From: Flavobacteriales bacterium
Lineage (GTDB): Bacteria; Bacteroidota; Bacteroidia; Palsa-965
NCBI GenBank assembly: GCA_040377305.1
Contig: JBEIPA010000013.1
Coordinates: 1-64,000 of the forward strand
Length of the DNA stretch: 64,000 bases
Direction: 5' to 3'
Of this stretch, positions 38,563 to 47,769 are shown one piece after another. Numbering within the stretch: the first letter of the stretch is position 1; each line of letters starts with the position of its first letter. The position numbers were made by a program, and so were the translations under genes. Below the pieces are notes generated by a model. The model saw only the letters and a list, made by a program, of their open reading frames with translations, did not search any database and was not told where the DNA came from.

Positions 38563-39651
38563 CTAACATTTTACTTTGGATGCAATGCAGAGGATATAGC
38601 TACCGGGAATAATGCTGGCACGTTGGACCATCGTTGTTCCCCTCGCATTCACTAGTTTATGATAGGTCTCACAATTCGTTTGGTAGCGTTGACTGACGGA
38701 TGTGAATGTCTTGCTTTTCACAGGCGTTCGGGATTCTTCATAACTATAATAGTAGAACTGCCGGACTTTATCTCCAGTGAGAATGTCTTCAAAGGTGTAG
38801 AAAAGTGCTCCTCTTTGTACTTCATTCAATTGTGGTCGCATAGTGGTGTCGGTACACATGGACAGTGCGGCATTCAGATAGCATCTGAAGCCGGCGAGAA
38901 TATATTCGCAATCATAGACTGCTACTCCGACACCGGCGTACTTTACATCCCAATAATCTGACACGGTATCTTTGTATCCAAGAGTGAAACGAAACATTGC
39001 GGTATCCAATTGATAGAACATGCTTGCAATGGTTTGTTGATTGTATCCGATTTCCGCTAAGTTCTTTTTGAATAAGGCTACCGTGTCAAACAAACGGTAC
39101 AGCAGATCATGTGTTTCAGAACGAAAGTCCGACGTGTTGCAGAATGAAATCAATGTATCGCGTGAGTTCAACATGACGGTGCGTGAATCGTTGATCAGCA
39201 CGTCGAGTGAGTCCAGTGATTTCTGGTTGGCATCTCTGCCATAAATCATGTTGTCTTCCAGGAACACCATCATGAGATTGTCCAGATAAACCACCGGGAC
39301 AATTCCGCTAATATTCGGATTTCCAAATGCAAGTGCAGCGGTGTCGCCTGAAGTATTTACTTTCAGAGCAGCGGCGCATTTTTTCGCATGTGAATTATAA
39401 GTTGCCTCAGGTAGTTTACTTTGCTGATCACTGAAGCACTTGCGTACTGCTATTTCTGCGAGCTCGGTTGATTTTAAACGTTGCAGAATCAGAGTCTGAC
39501 TTCTCGCATACTTAGCAGGTGCTCCGAATAGTGTATTGTAACCGGCAGACCCAAGCATCATCCTGGAATACACCGAATCAGTCTGCGCAAGTCCTTGACC
39601 GGCCAAAAGTGACAGAAATAGTGCAATAAAAAGGGTGCAGCGGAAAGACAT
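38563..39651 (-). CDS. Secreted hypothetical protein
   Basis: 362-aa ORF with signal peptide, tightly linked to the downstream genes. Confidence 0.7.
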   Translation of the reverse strand: MSFRCTLFIALFLSLLAGQGLAQTDSVYSRMMLGSAGYNTLFGAPAKYARSQTLILQRLKSTELAEIAVRKCFSDQQSKLPEATYNSHAKKCAAALKVNTSGDTAALAFGNPNISGIVPVVYLDNLMMVFLEDNMIYGRDANQKSLDSLDVLINDSRTVMLNSRDTLISFCNTSDFRSETHDLLYRLFDTVALFKKNLAEIGYNQQTIASMFYQLDTAMFRFTLGYKDTVSDYWDVKYAGVGVAVYDCEYILAGFRCYLNAALSMCTDTTMRPQLNEVQRGALFYTFEDILTGDKVRQFYYYSYEESRTPVKSKTFTSVSQRYQTNCETYHKLVNARGTTMVQRASIIPGSYILCIASKVKC

Positions 39652-39962
39652 TACCGAAAGTTAAGCAAATGTGGCATTCAGTTATTGACTCAATTCGGCC
39701 ACTTGTGTTGTTCGCCAATACCACGAACTGGTGATTCACGTTGTTTGTTATGGAATCGGCACTGCCCTTGCATCCTAATCGTGAAAGCGACAGAAAACGC
39801 CCGTCCGAACGGATGTTCATCCGGGCGGGCAGCTCAGTACCGTTTAGTATGATTGACAAAAATTAGATAAACCGGAATCAGAGTAACTAAGCTAAGTGTA
39901 CCGCGTCCCATAAGTAACAAAACGTAAATGATGACATTTTTTACACCACTAACTCCACACCC

Positions 39963-40604
39963 ATGTCAGCATTTGCCCCTATACTATCCGTTCGGAAACC
40001 CGATATCAAAGTCGGACTCTTCCTCTTCGCAGGATTACTTCCGGTAAGTTGTATCGCACTTCACTGCGCTGAAGTCATCACGCTGAAAAATGCACTCTGG
40101 TTTCTGATCATTCCGACAATTCTAATAGCGTTCGCAACGAGCAGCATTGATCGTAAATTATTGCAGCTGGTTTTACGCGGATGGATTTCGGGAATCATCG
40201 CAGTTGCACTTTATGATCTTTCACGGGTTCCGTTTATTCTCGCAGGCTGGGCAGATTTCATTCCACATATTTCAGCATGGTTAACCGACACGAATGAAAA
40301 TTCTTACCTCATTGGTTATACCTGGAGATATGCCGGCAATGGTGGTGGACTTGGAATTGTATTTTTCCTGCTCGCAAATCATTTTGGCTGGAAGAAATAC
40401 ATAGTCAGCAATGCAGTTTCGTACGGACTACTTGTATTCGCAAGTCTCGTTGCACTGCTCCTGATATTTCCGGGCGCACAGAAGATGATGTTCGAAATCA
40501 CACCGCTTTCCTTCTTCGGTGGAATGATCGGGCACATCGTTTACGGATATGTTCTCGGCAGATTGGCAAAGCGCGGCCTGACCGGAGTTACCGATGAAAA
40601 ATAA
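39963..40604 (+). CDS. Hypothetical multi-pass membrane protein
   Basis: About 6 hydrophobic segments; ALYDLSR, GHIVYG motifs. Confidence 0.8.
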   Translation: MSAFAPILSVRKPDIKVGLFLFAGLLPVSCIALHCAEVITLKNALWFLIIPTILIAFATSSIDRKLLQLVLRGWISGIIAVALYDLSRVPFILAGWADFIPHISAWLTDTNENSYLIGYTWRYAGNGGGLGIVFFLLANHFGWKKYIVSNAVSYGLLVFASLVALLLIFPGAQKMMFEITPLSFFGGMIGHIVYGYVLGRLAKRGLTGVTDEK

Positions 40605-40630
40605 ATTTTCGTAAAGTCATATGACACGCA

Positions 40631-40672
40631 GGAAAGTGTTCCCGCCGACTGGGTCGACGGGAAACATTTTCT
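40631..40672. terminator. Hairpin between convergent transcription units
   Basis: gaaagtgttcccgccgac-tgg-gtcgacgggaaacattttc imperfect stem. Confidence 0.6.
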
Positions 40673-40675
40673 ACA

Positions 40676-40807
40676 CTATCCAGAGCGATAAAAGAGCTTC
40701 GCAACTGCTCCGCAGATTCGGTTCATGAAGTCTGCAAGTGCATTTTGACGCGTATTCGCTATAGTAGGACGCATGCTGTTCAATACAAATCGGTTGTAGT
40801 TTTTCAT
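40676..40807 (-). CDS. Micro-ORF, 43 aa (not in ORF track)
   Basis: MKNYNRFVLNSMRPTIANTRQNALADFMNRICGAVAKLFYRSG; A-rich leader; stop just before the hairpin. Confidence 0.45.
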   Translation of the reverse strand: MKNYNRFVLNSMRPTIANTRQNALADFMNRICGAVAKLFYRSG

Positions 40808-40818
40808 TTCATTTGGTT

Positions 40819-40938
40819 TTAATAGTTAGATAACAATTTCAGTACCAAGAAAAGTAGAAGCGCAATTTCAAATGCGGTCATCTGCTTTACGATACGCCAT
40901 CCTGCATGAAGCAGTCGTGTAAGTAATACTGTTTTCAT
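40819..40938 (-). CDS. Micro-ORF, 39 aa, hydrophobic C-terminus (not in ORF track)
   Basis: MKTVLLTRLLHAGWRIVKQMTAFEIALLLFLVLKLLSNY; stop 11 nt before the next ATG. Confidence 0.5.
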   Translation of the reverse strand: MKTVLLTRLLHAGWRIVKQMTAFEIALLLFLVLKLLSNY

Positions 40939-41053
40939 AGTTTACGGTATTAGTGACCGATTGGTTTTCTCTGTGGCTCGCCTTCCCATTGGAAAAGGCG
41001 CACGATACATAGTAATCCACTCTGACCAGTGCAGTTTTACAGATACAGCACAT

Positions 41054-41260
41054 TACTGCCCACTGCATTTCTGCCCAACTGCCTACTGCCCAACTGCATT
41101 ACTGCCTACTGTTCAGGAGGTGGATCTTCCGGAGGCTTTTCAGTAGTGATACCGAAAGTCGCTCCATCATTGGTGATTGTTGCCGTAGCACGAGTTGCAT
41201 TCATTGTTTTTAACCTCCTTTCTCATTCAGTTGGCAGTAAGCAGTTGGGCAGTAGGCAGT
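41054..41260. repeat. Inverted ACTGC-based 7/8-bp arrays flanking a micro-ORF
   Basis: actgcctactgcccaactgc (41078-41097) is the exact reverse complement of 41241-41260. Confidence 0.85.
41106..41204 (-). CDS. Micro-ORF, 32 aa, with strong Shine-Dalgarno (not in ORF track)
   Basis: AGAAAGGAGGT 8 nt upstream of ATG; MNATRATATITNDGATFGITTEKPPEDPPPEQ. Confidence 0.55.
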   Translation of the reverse strand: MNATRATATITNDGATFGITTEKPPEDPPPEQ

Positions 41261-41400
41261 CGATACGACTACTGAAACAACCACCGCGTGCGGTTAATTG
41301 TTATTGATGATTCTGTTGTTGGTGATTTTTTGTCATGCCGAGTAGACGCGAACATCTGCGGAGCAGCTTGTGGGTGAATACCGTCGTACCGAGACAGGAC

Positions 41401-41431
41401 AAAAAACGCCCCGTACGTTTCCGTCGGGGCG
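41401..41431 (-). terminator. Intrinsic terminator/attenuator after a putative leader peptide
   Basis: Minus strand CGCCCCGacggaaacgtaCGGGGCG-TTTTTT. Confidence 0.75.
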
Positions 41432-41454
41432 CTTCGTGTGATATATTAAAATAC

Positions 41455-41544
41455 CTACACCTCGCTTCCCGGGCGGGACGCATCACCGACACATGGAATA
41501 TCCATGCTGCAGAGTGACTGTTTAAATTGGTGTAGTGTGTTCAT
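41455..41544 (-). CDS. Putative leader peptide, 29 aa
   Basis: MNTLHQFKQSLCSMDIPCVGDASRPGSEV between a consensus promoter and a terminator. Confidence 0.45.
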   Translation of the reverse strand: MNTLHQFKQSLCSMDIPCVGDASRPGSEV

Positions 41545-41583
41545 TTTTCGTTTTTCCGAAACCGATTTTACGGAGACGGGGCG

Positions 41584-41616
41584 CAAATGTAAATGATTAG
41601 AAGAATATGAGTCAAG
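41584..41616 (-). promoter_or_regulatory. Bacteroidota sigma70-type promoter
   Basis: CTTG, 21-nt spacer, TACATTTG (consensus TTTG-N19-21-TAnnTTTG). Confidence 0.65.
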
Positions 41617-41648
41617 GAAAATGAAAAATATATTTTGTTGCGCAGATT

Positions 41649-43424
41649 TTATTGAACGAATCGCACGGGCCACGTCATCTTTATCGCAACAGGTCGACCA
41701 TTCATTTTGCCGGGAATCCAATTCGGCATTGTACTGAACACACGAATTGCTTCTGTGGCAAATCCAGGCGCACCGGGTACTCCTTTAGCAATTGTTACAT
41801 CCGAAACGGAGCCGTCTGCATTAACCACGAAGGAAACGTAAACGGTTCCCGCCTTGCCTTGTTCCTTTTCCAGTGCCGGAAAAACAATGTTATGTTGCAG
41901 ATACGACTGCAAACTATCGCCTGGAAACTTGGGCATCTCTTCAGCAAAGGAGAAAACATCACGTGTATTCTCTACGCTGGCTTCAGATGCAGCGACGATA
42001 ACATCACCATAGTCGCCTTCCTGAGTGATCTCTCCGATTACTTCTGTTGTTTTTTGCCGAAGATCAAATTCTGTCTTAAAGTGATTCTCTAAAATGGTAT
42101 CATAGGCTACACTACCGGACTTAACTTCAACACCGCTTTTGTTCCAGACGCGGATCGAATCCTGCAAGTAGCCATACCCGGCTTTACCAGTGATTTTCTT
42201 TTTTCCATTCGAATAAAAAGCAATGTACTTTCCGCTTGCACGACCATCTTCATATTCTAAACTCGTGAGCACAGCACCTTTCGAATTATAGCGTGTCCAT
42301 ACTCCTGTTTTTTCACCCCGTAAATAGTTGCCCGTGTAACAAAGAAAACCGGTGCTGTCGTATTCCTGGTAAACTCCTTCTGGTTTGTCGGATCGGCGTT
42401 TTACAACCGACAGAAGTTTTCCGTTGGTATGGTATCTGTATTGCGTACTGAATGGACGATACATATAGGTATATGGATAATCTGCCTTAGACGGAAAAGA
42501 GTCCAGATATATTTCGCGCGTTACCAGATGGCCCTTTAAACTATAATACAAGGAGGAGTCGACCATTTTTTCTGAAGCGTAATAAGTCTGACGGGTGAGT
42601 TTTCCGTTTGTCCATCTTTTCTCCGTGTAGTGTGTTCCGCCGGTGTTTATTCTCACCTGTTGCAGTTTTCCTGACTCAGTCCATGTAGAATCGTAACGGG
42701 TGATTTCCCCACCGAGGTAGTATGCACTCCTGATTCGGACACCTTTACGTTCCGAGTATTCCGTATAAACACTATCGCGTGCACCAAGTTTGTAATGGCC
42801 CGTTGACTTCAGGCTTCCGTTGGCATACCAGATTACTTCTTCTCCGCTTTGTAAACCATCCTGAAAATACTGACGAGCACTGAGCTTGTTGTTTAGATAG
42901 ACAACGCGTGGGCCATCTTGCTTTCCATTTTTGAACGTCGTGGAATCAATAACGGAACCTAAGTACTCGCCGATCTGCGTGGTCTTCACCCACACACCGT
43001 GCATTCTTCCGTTCACGTAGTATCCGCGGATGGTCGGACCGTATGATTCTTCGAAATATTCACCGTGCAGTGTATCATTGCGATACGTTTCCACTTTAAT
43101 CGAATCACCATTATTATTCAGGCGAACCCATGTACCCACCTTCTTACCGTTTGAATAAGTACCAATGGAGGACGGATTTCCGTAATCATTGAACTTTTTC
43201 TCTACGCCGTCCTTTACTCCTGCTTTGTAAGTTGTTTCTTCAAGCAGTTTGCCGCTTTTATGATGGTAAGTCCAGACACCTGTTTTCTGTCCTTTCTTCA
43301 TTTTGCCTTCGCGATAGTATCCGTTCGACTCGGTGATTCGCTCCACACCTTTCTTCTTCTTCTCTTGCGCAAATGAAGAAACGCTACTGAGTAGAGCAAA
43401 AAGGATAAGGACATACAGTTTCAT
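41649..43424 (-). CDS. MORN-variant repeat protein with TonB C-terminal domain
   Basis: Signal peptide; G.K.G.W repeats; MPKFPG..GTVYVSFVVNADG..WIPGKMNG. Confidence 0.88.
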   Translation of the reverse strand: MKLYVLILFALLSSVSSFAQEKKKKGVERITESNGYYREGKMKKGQKTGVWTYHHKSGKLLEETTYKAGVKDGVEKKFNDYGNPSSIGTYSNGKKVGTWVRLNNNGDSIKVETYRNDTLHGEYFEESYGPTIRGYYVNGRMHGVWVKTTQIGEYLGSVIDSTTFKNGKQDGPRVVYLNNKLSARQYFQDGLQSGEEVIWYANGSLKSTGHYKLGARDSVYTEYSERKGVRIRSAYYLGGEITRYDSTWTESGKLQQVRINTGGTHYTEKRWTNGKLTRQTYYASEKMVDSSLYYSLKGHLVTREIYLDSFPSKADYPYTYMYRPFSTQYRYHTNGKLLSVVKRRSDKPEGVYQEYDSTGFLCYTGNYLRGEKTGVWTRYNSKGAVLTSLEYEDGRASGKYIAFYSNGKKKITGKAGYGYLQDSIRVWNKSGVEVKSGSVAYDTILENHFKTEFDLRQKTTEVIGEITQEGDYGDVIVAASEASVENTRDVFSFAEEMPKFPGDSLQSYLQHNIVFPALEKEQGKAGTVYVSFVVNADGSVSDVTIAKGVPGAPGFATEAIRVFSTMPNWIPGKMNGRPVAIKMTWPVRFVQ

Positions 43425-43483
43425 AGAGTTCAATTTTGCTGCAAGTTATAGAATCAATACGAGCAGAATTCTTCGGAGTCTAT

Positions 43484-45055
43484 TCATTCCAAACTAAACC
43501 GTATGGGCAAACTCCAGAGTACACGAACTGGTCCTGAAGCATCTTCTCCCGGAATCCATTTCGGCATTGATTTTACTAAGCGAATAGCTTCGTTTTTGAA
43601 TGCGCGGTTATTCTCAGGTGTGACCTTGGTAATCTGAATGCCCGTTAATGAACCATCTGCTTCCACGATATACTGCACATCAACCCGACCTTCGATTTCC
43701 GTTTCCAATTCGTGCCGTGGATATTTCAGGTTCCGGAACATAAATGCACGTAAGGAATCGTTGCCGCCGGGAAACGTTGGTATCACTGGTGGAATTAATA
43801 CCAGATCATGTGCATCAGATAACCTGTAAGGCGACTCAGGTCCATCGGGAACATTGTAAAGCGGAATAACCGCGAGTGAGTTTTCAATGGAATCAATTTG
43901 AGCAAACACCTTGTTGTAAGCTGGCGTGGCCATTCGTAGTTTCTTGCCCTCAATTGAATACACTTGAATGCTGTCTTCTGCATAACGAACACGCATATTT
44001 CCGTTGTCGTAGTAGTACGTTGTCGCGATAATGCTTCCGTGTTTGAAGTTGACTATACGAGTTACATTTCCATTCGCGCCATAATCATAGCGCAGACTGT
44101 CTTTCCCATCCGGACTGCTCAGTGTCTTGATCAACAACTTTCCGTTTTGATCATACACGTAGTTTGCTGAATGCACCACAGATTTACCATCGTAACACTT
44201 CTTGTAAATCGAACGCGATTGAATTTTTCCGTTCGTATGATATAGATGAATACTATCGACAATGAAACTGCTGTACCATTCTATCTTTCCCGGAACACCA
44301 GGTTTCTGATTGATGATAAATACTGCGGCATCATTGGGCGAGCGATATCTCGTTTCGCAGTAGATCGAGTCGCTGTTTGCAAAAAATAACTTTTCGGTTT
44401 TGTCTTTCTTCCCGTTTGCATACCACAACTCAATCATGACATGGCCATTCATCGATATTCGCCAGACACTATCGCGCACATCGTTCTTGTAATAACCGTG
44501 TACCACGCGATTGTCAAATAGTTCAGCGTGAAAAGATCCATTACGTTTATCGGCTGAATAGTTGCAAACGATGAGTGAATCTCCGTTGCTGATAGTCCAC
44601 GTGCCCGTTTTTTGATCCTGATACATTTCGCCCCGTGACCAATATTGTGTAACAGTATCCCGTTCATACGTGTATCCGAAACGTTGTCCGTACAAATATG
44701 TACAGTACTGAGTTGTGTCGCCTTTCTGGTCGAATGTTGCGCTGATTCCATTTCGCTTGCCATCGAAGTAGGTAATCACCCACTGCCGATTTCCATTTGG
44801 CCAATAGCCGGAATGCTCACCCCAGGCTTTACCATGCCTGTATCGGCCGACACTTTTTCGTTTATGAGTCGGGTAGGAAGTATACCACTTACCGTGTTTC
44901 AGGTAATTCTTCGTTCGCCCAACAGAAATGCTTCCGTCTTCGTGGTGAATGACATTGCGCCCATGTTTCTTGTCTGTTGTTGCCTGAGAATGCAACAGGA
45001 TTGAAGTACACAAAAAAATGAAGCAGAGTAATGGTCGGAGTTGTGGGATTGACAT
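43484..45055 (-). CDS. MORN-variant repeat protein with TonB C-terminal domain
   Basis: KHGKW, KTGTW repeats; PTFPGG..EGRVDVQYIVEADG..MPKWIPG..LPIRF. Confidence 0.88.
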   Translation of the reverse strand: MSIPQLRPLLCFIFLCTSILLHSQATTDKKHGRNVIHHEDGSISVGRTKNYLKHGKWYTSYPTHKRKSVGRYRHGKAWGEHSGYWPNGNRQWVITYFDGKRNGISATFDQKGDTTQYCTYLYGQRFGYTYERDTVTQYWSRGEMYQDQKTGTWTISNGDSLIVCNYSADKRNGSFHAELFDNRVVHGYYKNDVRDSVWRISMNGHVMIELWYANGKKDKTEKLFFANSDSIYCETRYRSPNDAAVFIINQKPGVPGKIEWYSSFIVDSIHLYHTNGKIQSRSIYKKCYDGKSVVHSANYVYDQNGKLLIKTLSSPDGKDSLRYDYGANGNVTRIVNFKHGSIIATTYYYDNGNMRVRYAEDSIQVYSIEGKKLRMATPAYNKVFAQIDSIENSLAVIPLYNVPDGPESPYRLSDAHDLVLIPPVIPTFPGGNDSLRAFMFRNLKYPRHELETEIEGRVDVQYIVEADGSLTGIQITKVTPENNRAFKNEAIRLVKSMPKWIPGEDASGPVRVLWSLPIRFSLE

Positions 45056-45152
45056 TGGAATACAATTTACAACTCCAGCGTGATCAAACCACGATCACAT
45101 AGTGGAATGTTCGTTTCGTTTTACAACTGGTAGTAAAACCGAGAACCTGAAA

Positions 45153-46808
45153 CTACTGCAGCTTAAACTTCACCGGCAGCGTATAGTACACCCTTACAAT
45201 TTTCCCTTTCGTTTTCGCGGGAGTCCATTTCGGCATAGCGCGCATAAGCTGCATCGTTTCTTTCGTGAAGCCCGGTGCACCCGCAACCACTTTCACAATT
45301 TGGATATCGGAAAGTGTTCCATCTTTTTCTACAAGGAATTTAATGTGTACTTCTCCTTCTTTACTCAAGCGGCGCTCCGGTTCCGGATACTGAACATGCT
45401 TTTTAATAAATGCATTCAGCGAGTCTTTTCCACCCGGGAACATAGCAGGAATGTCTGACCATTTTCCTTCACCGGTAATTGAATCACCCATCATCACAAC
45501 TCCTTTGCGTTTGTGATCGGCAGGAAAATTATTCGGGTCACGGAAATTCACTTCCGGAAACTGGTTCTGAACCTCAGCAATTGTTTTCGAGTAATTCGGA
45601 TTCGACGGCGGCACGCGCGAACCGTTTTTATCGTAGACGAGAATGGTATCCGTAATCGATTCGTAGCAATACGCTTTCACTTTCATCTTACCGTTCGGAT
45701 GATACGCCATGAACCAACCAAACGGTAAATTCTCCTGGTAGTTGATGGTGGTTTGCAAACGCCCGAGTGAATCGTACAGCAACCACGTTCCTGTTTTCTG
45801 CAAACGATGCTTGTAGCCTTTCGCCTGCAATTTTCCATTCGCATGATAAGCGCGATAGAAATAGAACTGCGTCATTCCATCATCATTGGTATAGGAAGTG
45901 TACAGTTCATCTTTCGCGCGACCTGACGGATGATATGAAATTGCTGAATCGAGATTGCCTTGGCCGTTGTAATACCAGCGCGACGCAAGTTTTCCGTTCG
46001 GATCATTTGTAACAACCAGTCTCACTTCTCCGTTCGGGTGGTAAGATGTTATGGCATGAATCTTCGTAGTGTCATCACCGTATTCAGTCGTATTCGCTGC
46101 GTGTATGCCACGTTCGAAATCGTGTACGAAGTGAAGTTTACCTCTGCGGTACTCCCGCCAAATACCGTCTTTTTCATCGTCAACGTAATTTCCCGATTTA
46201 GAAAGTTGTCCGGTTTTCACATCGTATTCGCGATAGGAACCATTGCGCTTGCCTTGCTGCCAGAATGTTTCAGAATAACGAACACCATTGTGATAAATCA
46301 CAGAACGGCCTTCGCGTAAACCATTCACGAACATCGTACTGTCTTTTACGCGATTGTTGTAATGATCAATACTGTCTGCTACTCGCAATCCGGTTTTCTT
46401 GCCACGATCGTATGTGCCCACAATTTTCTTATCATCCCATTCATAATAGTACTTACCGTGTAATGTGTCAAACAACCAGCCGATTTCACTTACAACTTTT
46501 CCGTTCACTTTCGTAATGAAAATTCCGTTACGCTGATTCACAGTATAATTGCCACGTACTTCAGTCGAATCTTCGATTCGCCAAAAAGCACCGCTGCGTT
46601 TTCCGTTCAGAAAATTTTCCTCACGAATTATTTTACCTTTTGAGTCGTAAGTTGTCCAGGTTCCTTCGCGCTGACCATCTTTAATTCTGCCTTTTTCAAC
46701 ACGACCTTTTTCAATGGGAATGGAAATCTTCCCGTTTTTCTTTTGTGCAGAGACAGGAATAGAAAAGAGGAAAAGGCAGAGCAGCGCTGCTAGTAAACTG
46801 TACTTCAT
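45153..46808 (-). CDS. MORN-variant repeat protein with TonB C-terminal domain
   Basis: REGTW, KDGIW, KTGTW repeats; MFPGG..EGEVHIKFLVEKDG..MPKWTPA..LPVKF. Confidence 0.88.
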   Translation of the reverse strand: MKYSLLAALLCLFLFSIPVSAQKKNGKISIPIEKGRVEKGRIKDGQREGTWTTYDSKGKIIREENFLNGKRSGAFWRIEDSTEVRGNYTVNQRNGIFITKVNGKVVSEIGWLFDTLHGKYYYEWDDKKIVGTYDRGKKTGLRVADSIDHYNNRVKDSTMFVNGLREGRSVIYHNGVRYSETFWQQGKRNGSYREYDVKTGQLSKSGNYVDDEKDGIWREYRRGKLHFVHDFERGIHAANTTEYGDDTTKIHAITSYHPNGEVRLVVTNDPNGKLASRWYYNGQGNLDSAISYHPSGRAKDELYTSYTNDDGMTQFYFYRAYHANGKLQAKGYKHRLQKTGTWLLYDSLGRLQTTINYQENLPFGWFMAYHPNGKMKVKAYCYESITDTILVYDKNGSRVPPSNPNYSKTIAEVQNQFPEVNFRDPNNFPADHKRKGVVMMGDSITGEGKWSDIPAMFPGGKDSLNAFIKKHVQYPEPERRLSKEGEVHIKFLVEKDGTLSDIQIVKVVAGAPGFTKETMQLMRAMPKWTPAKTKGKIVRVYYTLPVKFKLQ

Positions 46809-46903
46809 GAAATGGGTATTTGCCGGTTCGAAGGTACGTACGAAGAGCAGGGGAGGCAAGATTTATTCGAAAGGAAGTCGCGTTTAACAGTGAGTTTGCC
46901 TCT

Positions 46904-46941
46904 AAAAAACAAACCCCGGCTATCTGTGCAGATGCCGGGGT
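46904..46941 (-). terminator. Intrinsic terminator
   Basis: Minus strand ACCCCGGCATCTG..CAGATAGCCGGGGT followed by TTGTTTTTT. Confidence 0.7.
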
Positions 46942-46992
46942 GAATCGTGTCGTGTCCAGACGAGCATTCGCTGTCTGGACAAGTAGCTGTTG

Positions 46993-47583
46993 TTATTTTA
47001 CAGTCACCTGTTTGCTGTAGTATTCCTGAACAGATGAGCTTACAATCGTATAAGTTCCTGCAGCGAGACGCGCTTCGAGATCCGTTGCAAGCAGAGGATC
47101 AGAATCGCTGGTAACTTCAACTTTAGTGTAGTATTCGTCGCCTGCATTGTTGCGAACAACAATTAGAATTGGGCCGTGTGATGTACCAGCTGTTGATTTT
47201 CCAACGGAAGGAGAAGTCGGAGCGCCAGCCTTGTATTTAACCGGAGTTGCATTCGAAAAAGTAATGTTACCATCAGCATCTATTACTTTGATGCGGTAGT
47301 AAGACATTCCGTCGAGCGGCTGAAAATCTGTTTCCATGAATTCCGTATTCACCGAACCTGGTTCAATGCGTGCGATTGAAGCGAAATCGATGCCGTTCTT
47401 AGAGCGCTCGAGTTCATATACATCAATCGATGATCCGGTGGTTGACCACGAAAGAAGCACATGTGAGTCGAGTGGGGTAGCGGTCAGGCTGGTCACAAAA
47501 CCGTCCTTAGTTGCGGAGACTTCAGTCGCATTCACGCTAAGCGTGAAGAGGAGAACCGCGGCAGACAAAATAACCTTGCGCAT
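46993..47583 (-). CDS. Secreted protein with an Ig/FN3-like domain of the type seen in T9SS substrates
   Basis: VLLSWST..YELERSKNGIDF..SYYRIKVIDADG..FS. Confidence 0.8.
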   Translation of the reverse strand: MRKVILSAAVLLFTLSVNATEVSATKDGFVTSLTATPLDSHVLLSWSTTGSSIDVYELERSKNGIDFASIARIEPGSVNTEFMETDFQPLDGMSYYRIKVIDADGNITFSNATPVKYKAGAPTSPSVGKSTAGTSHGPILIVVRNNAGDEYYTKVEVTSDSDPLLATDLEARLAAGTYTIVSSSVQEYYSKQVTVK

Positions 47584-47769
47584 GAAATTGGAGTTATGTT
47601 TTTTTCGTGTGTCTTATAAATGTACAAAAGCGTTTCTTTGCATGCAAGAGTGAACGGCTCATTTTCAGGGAATTAGTGGTTAGTAAATGAGTCTGGTCAG
47701 TACGATCACAAAATATAAATTAATCTGAATTTAACACAACTTTGTCGAATGATTTGCCACCTTAATGCC

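Noticed and set aside
39760-39835. c-di-GMP-I or other known riboswitch
   Set aside because: A GAAA tetraloop is present but the conserved GGCAAA/GACGCAAAG core is not
41649-46808. YwqK-type toxin-antitoxin system
   Set aside because: The repeats are generic MORN variants fused to TonB-C, with no adjacent toxin gene
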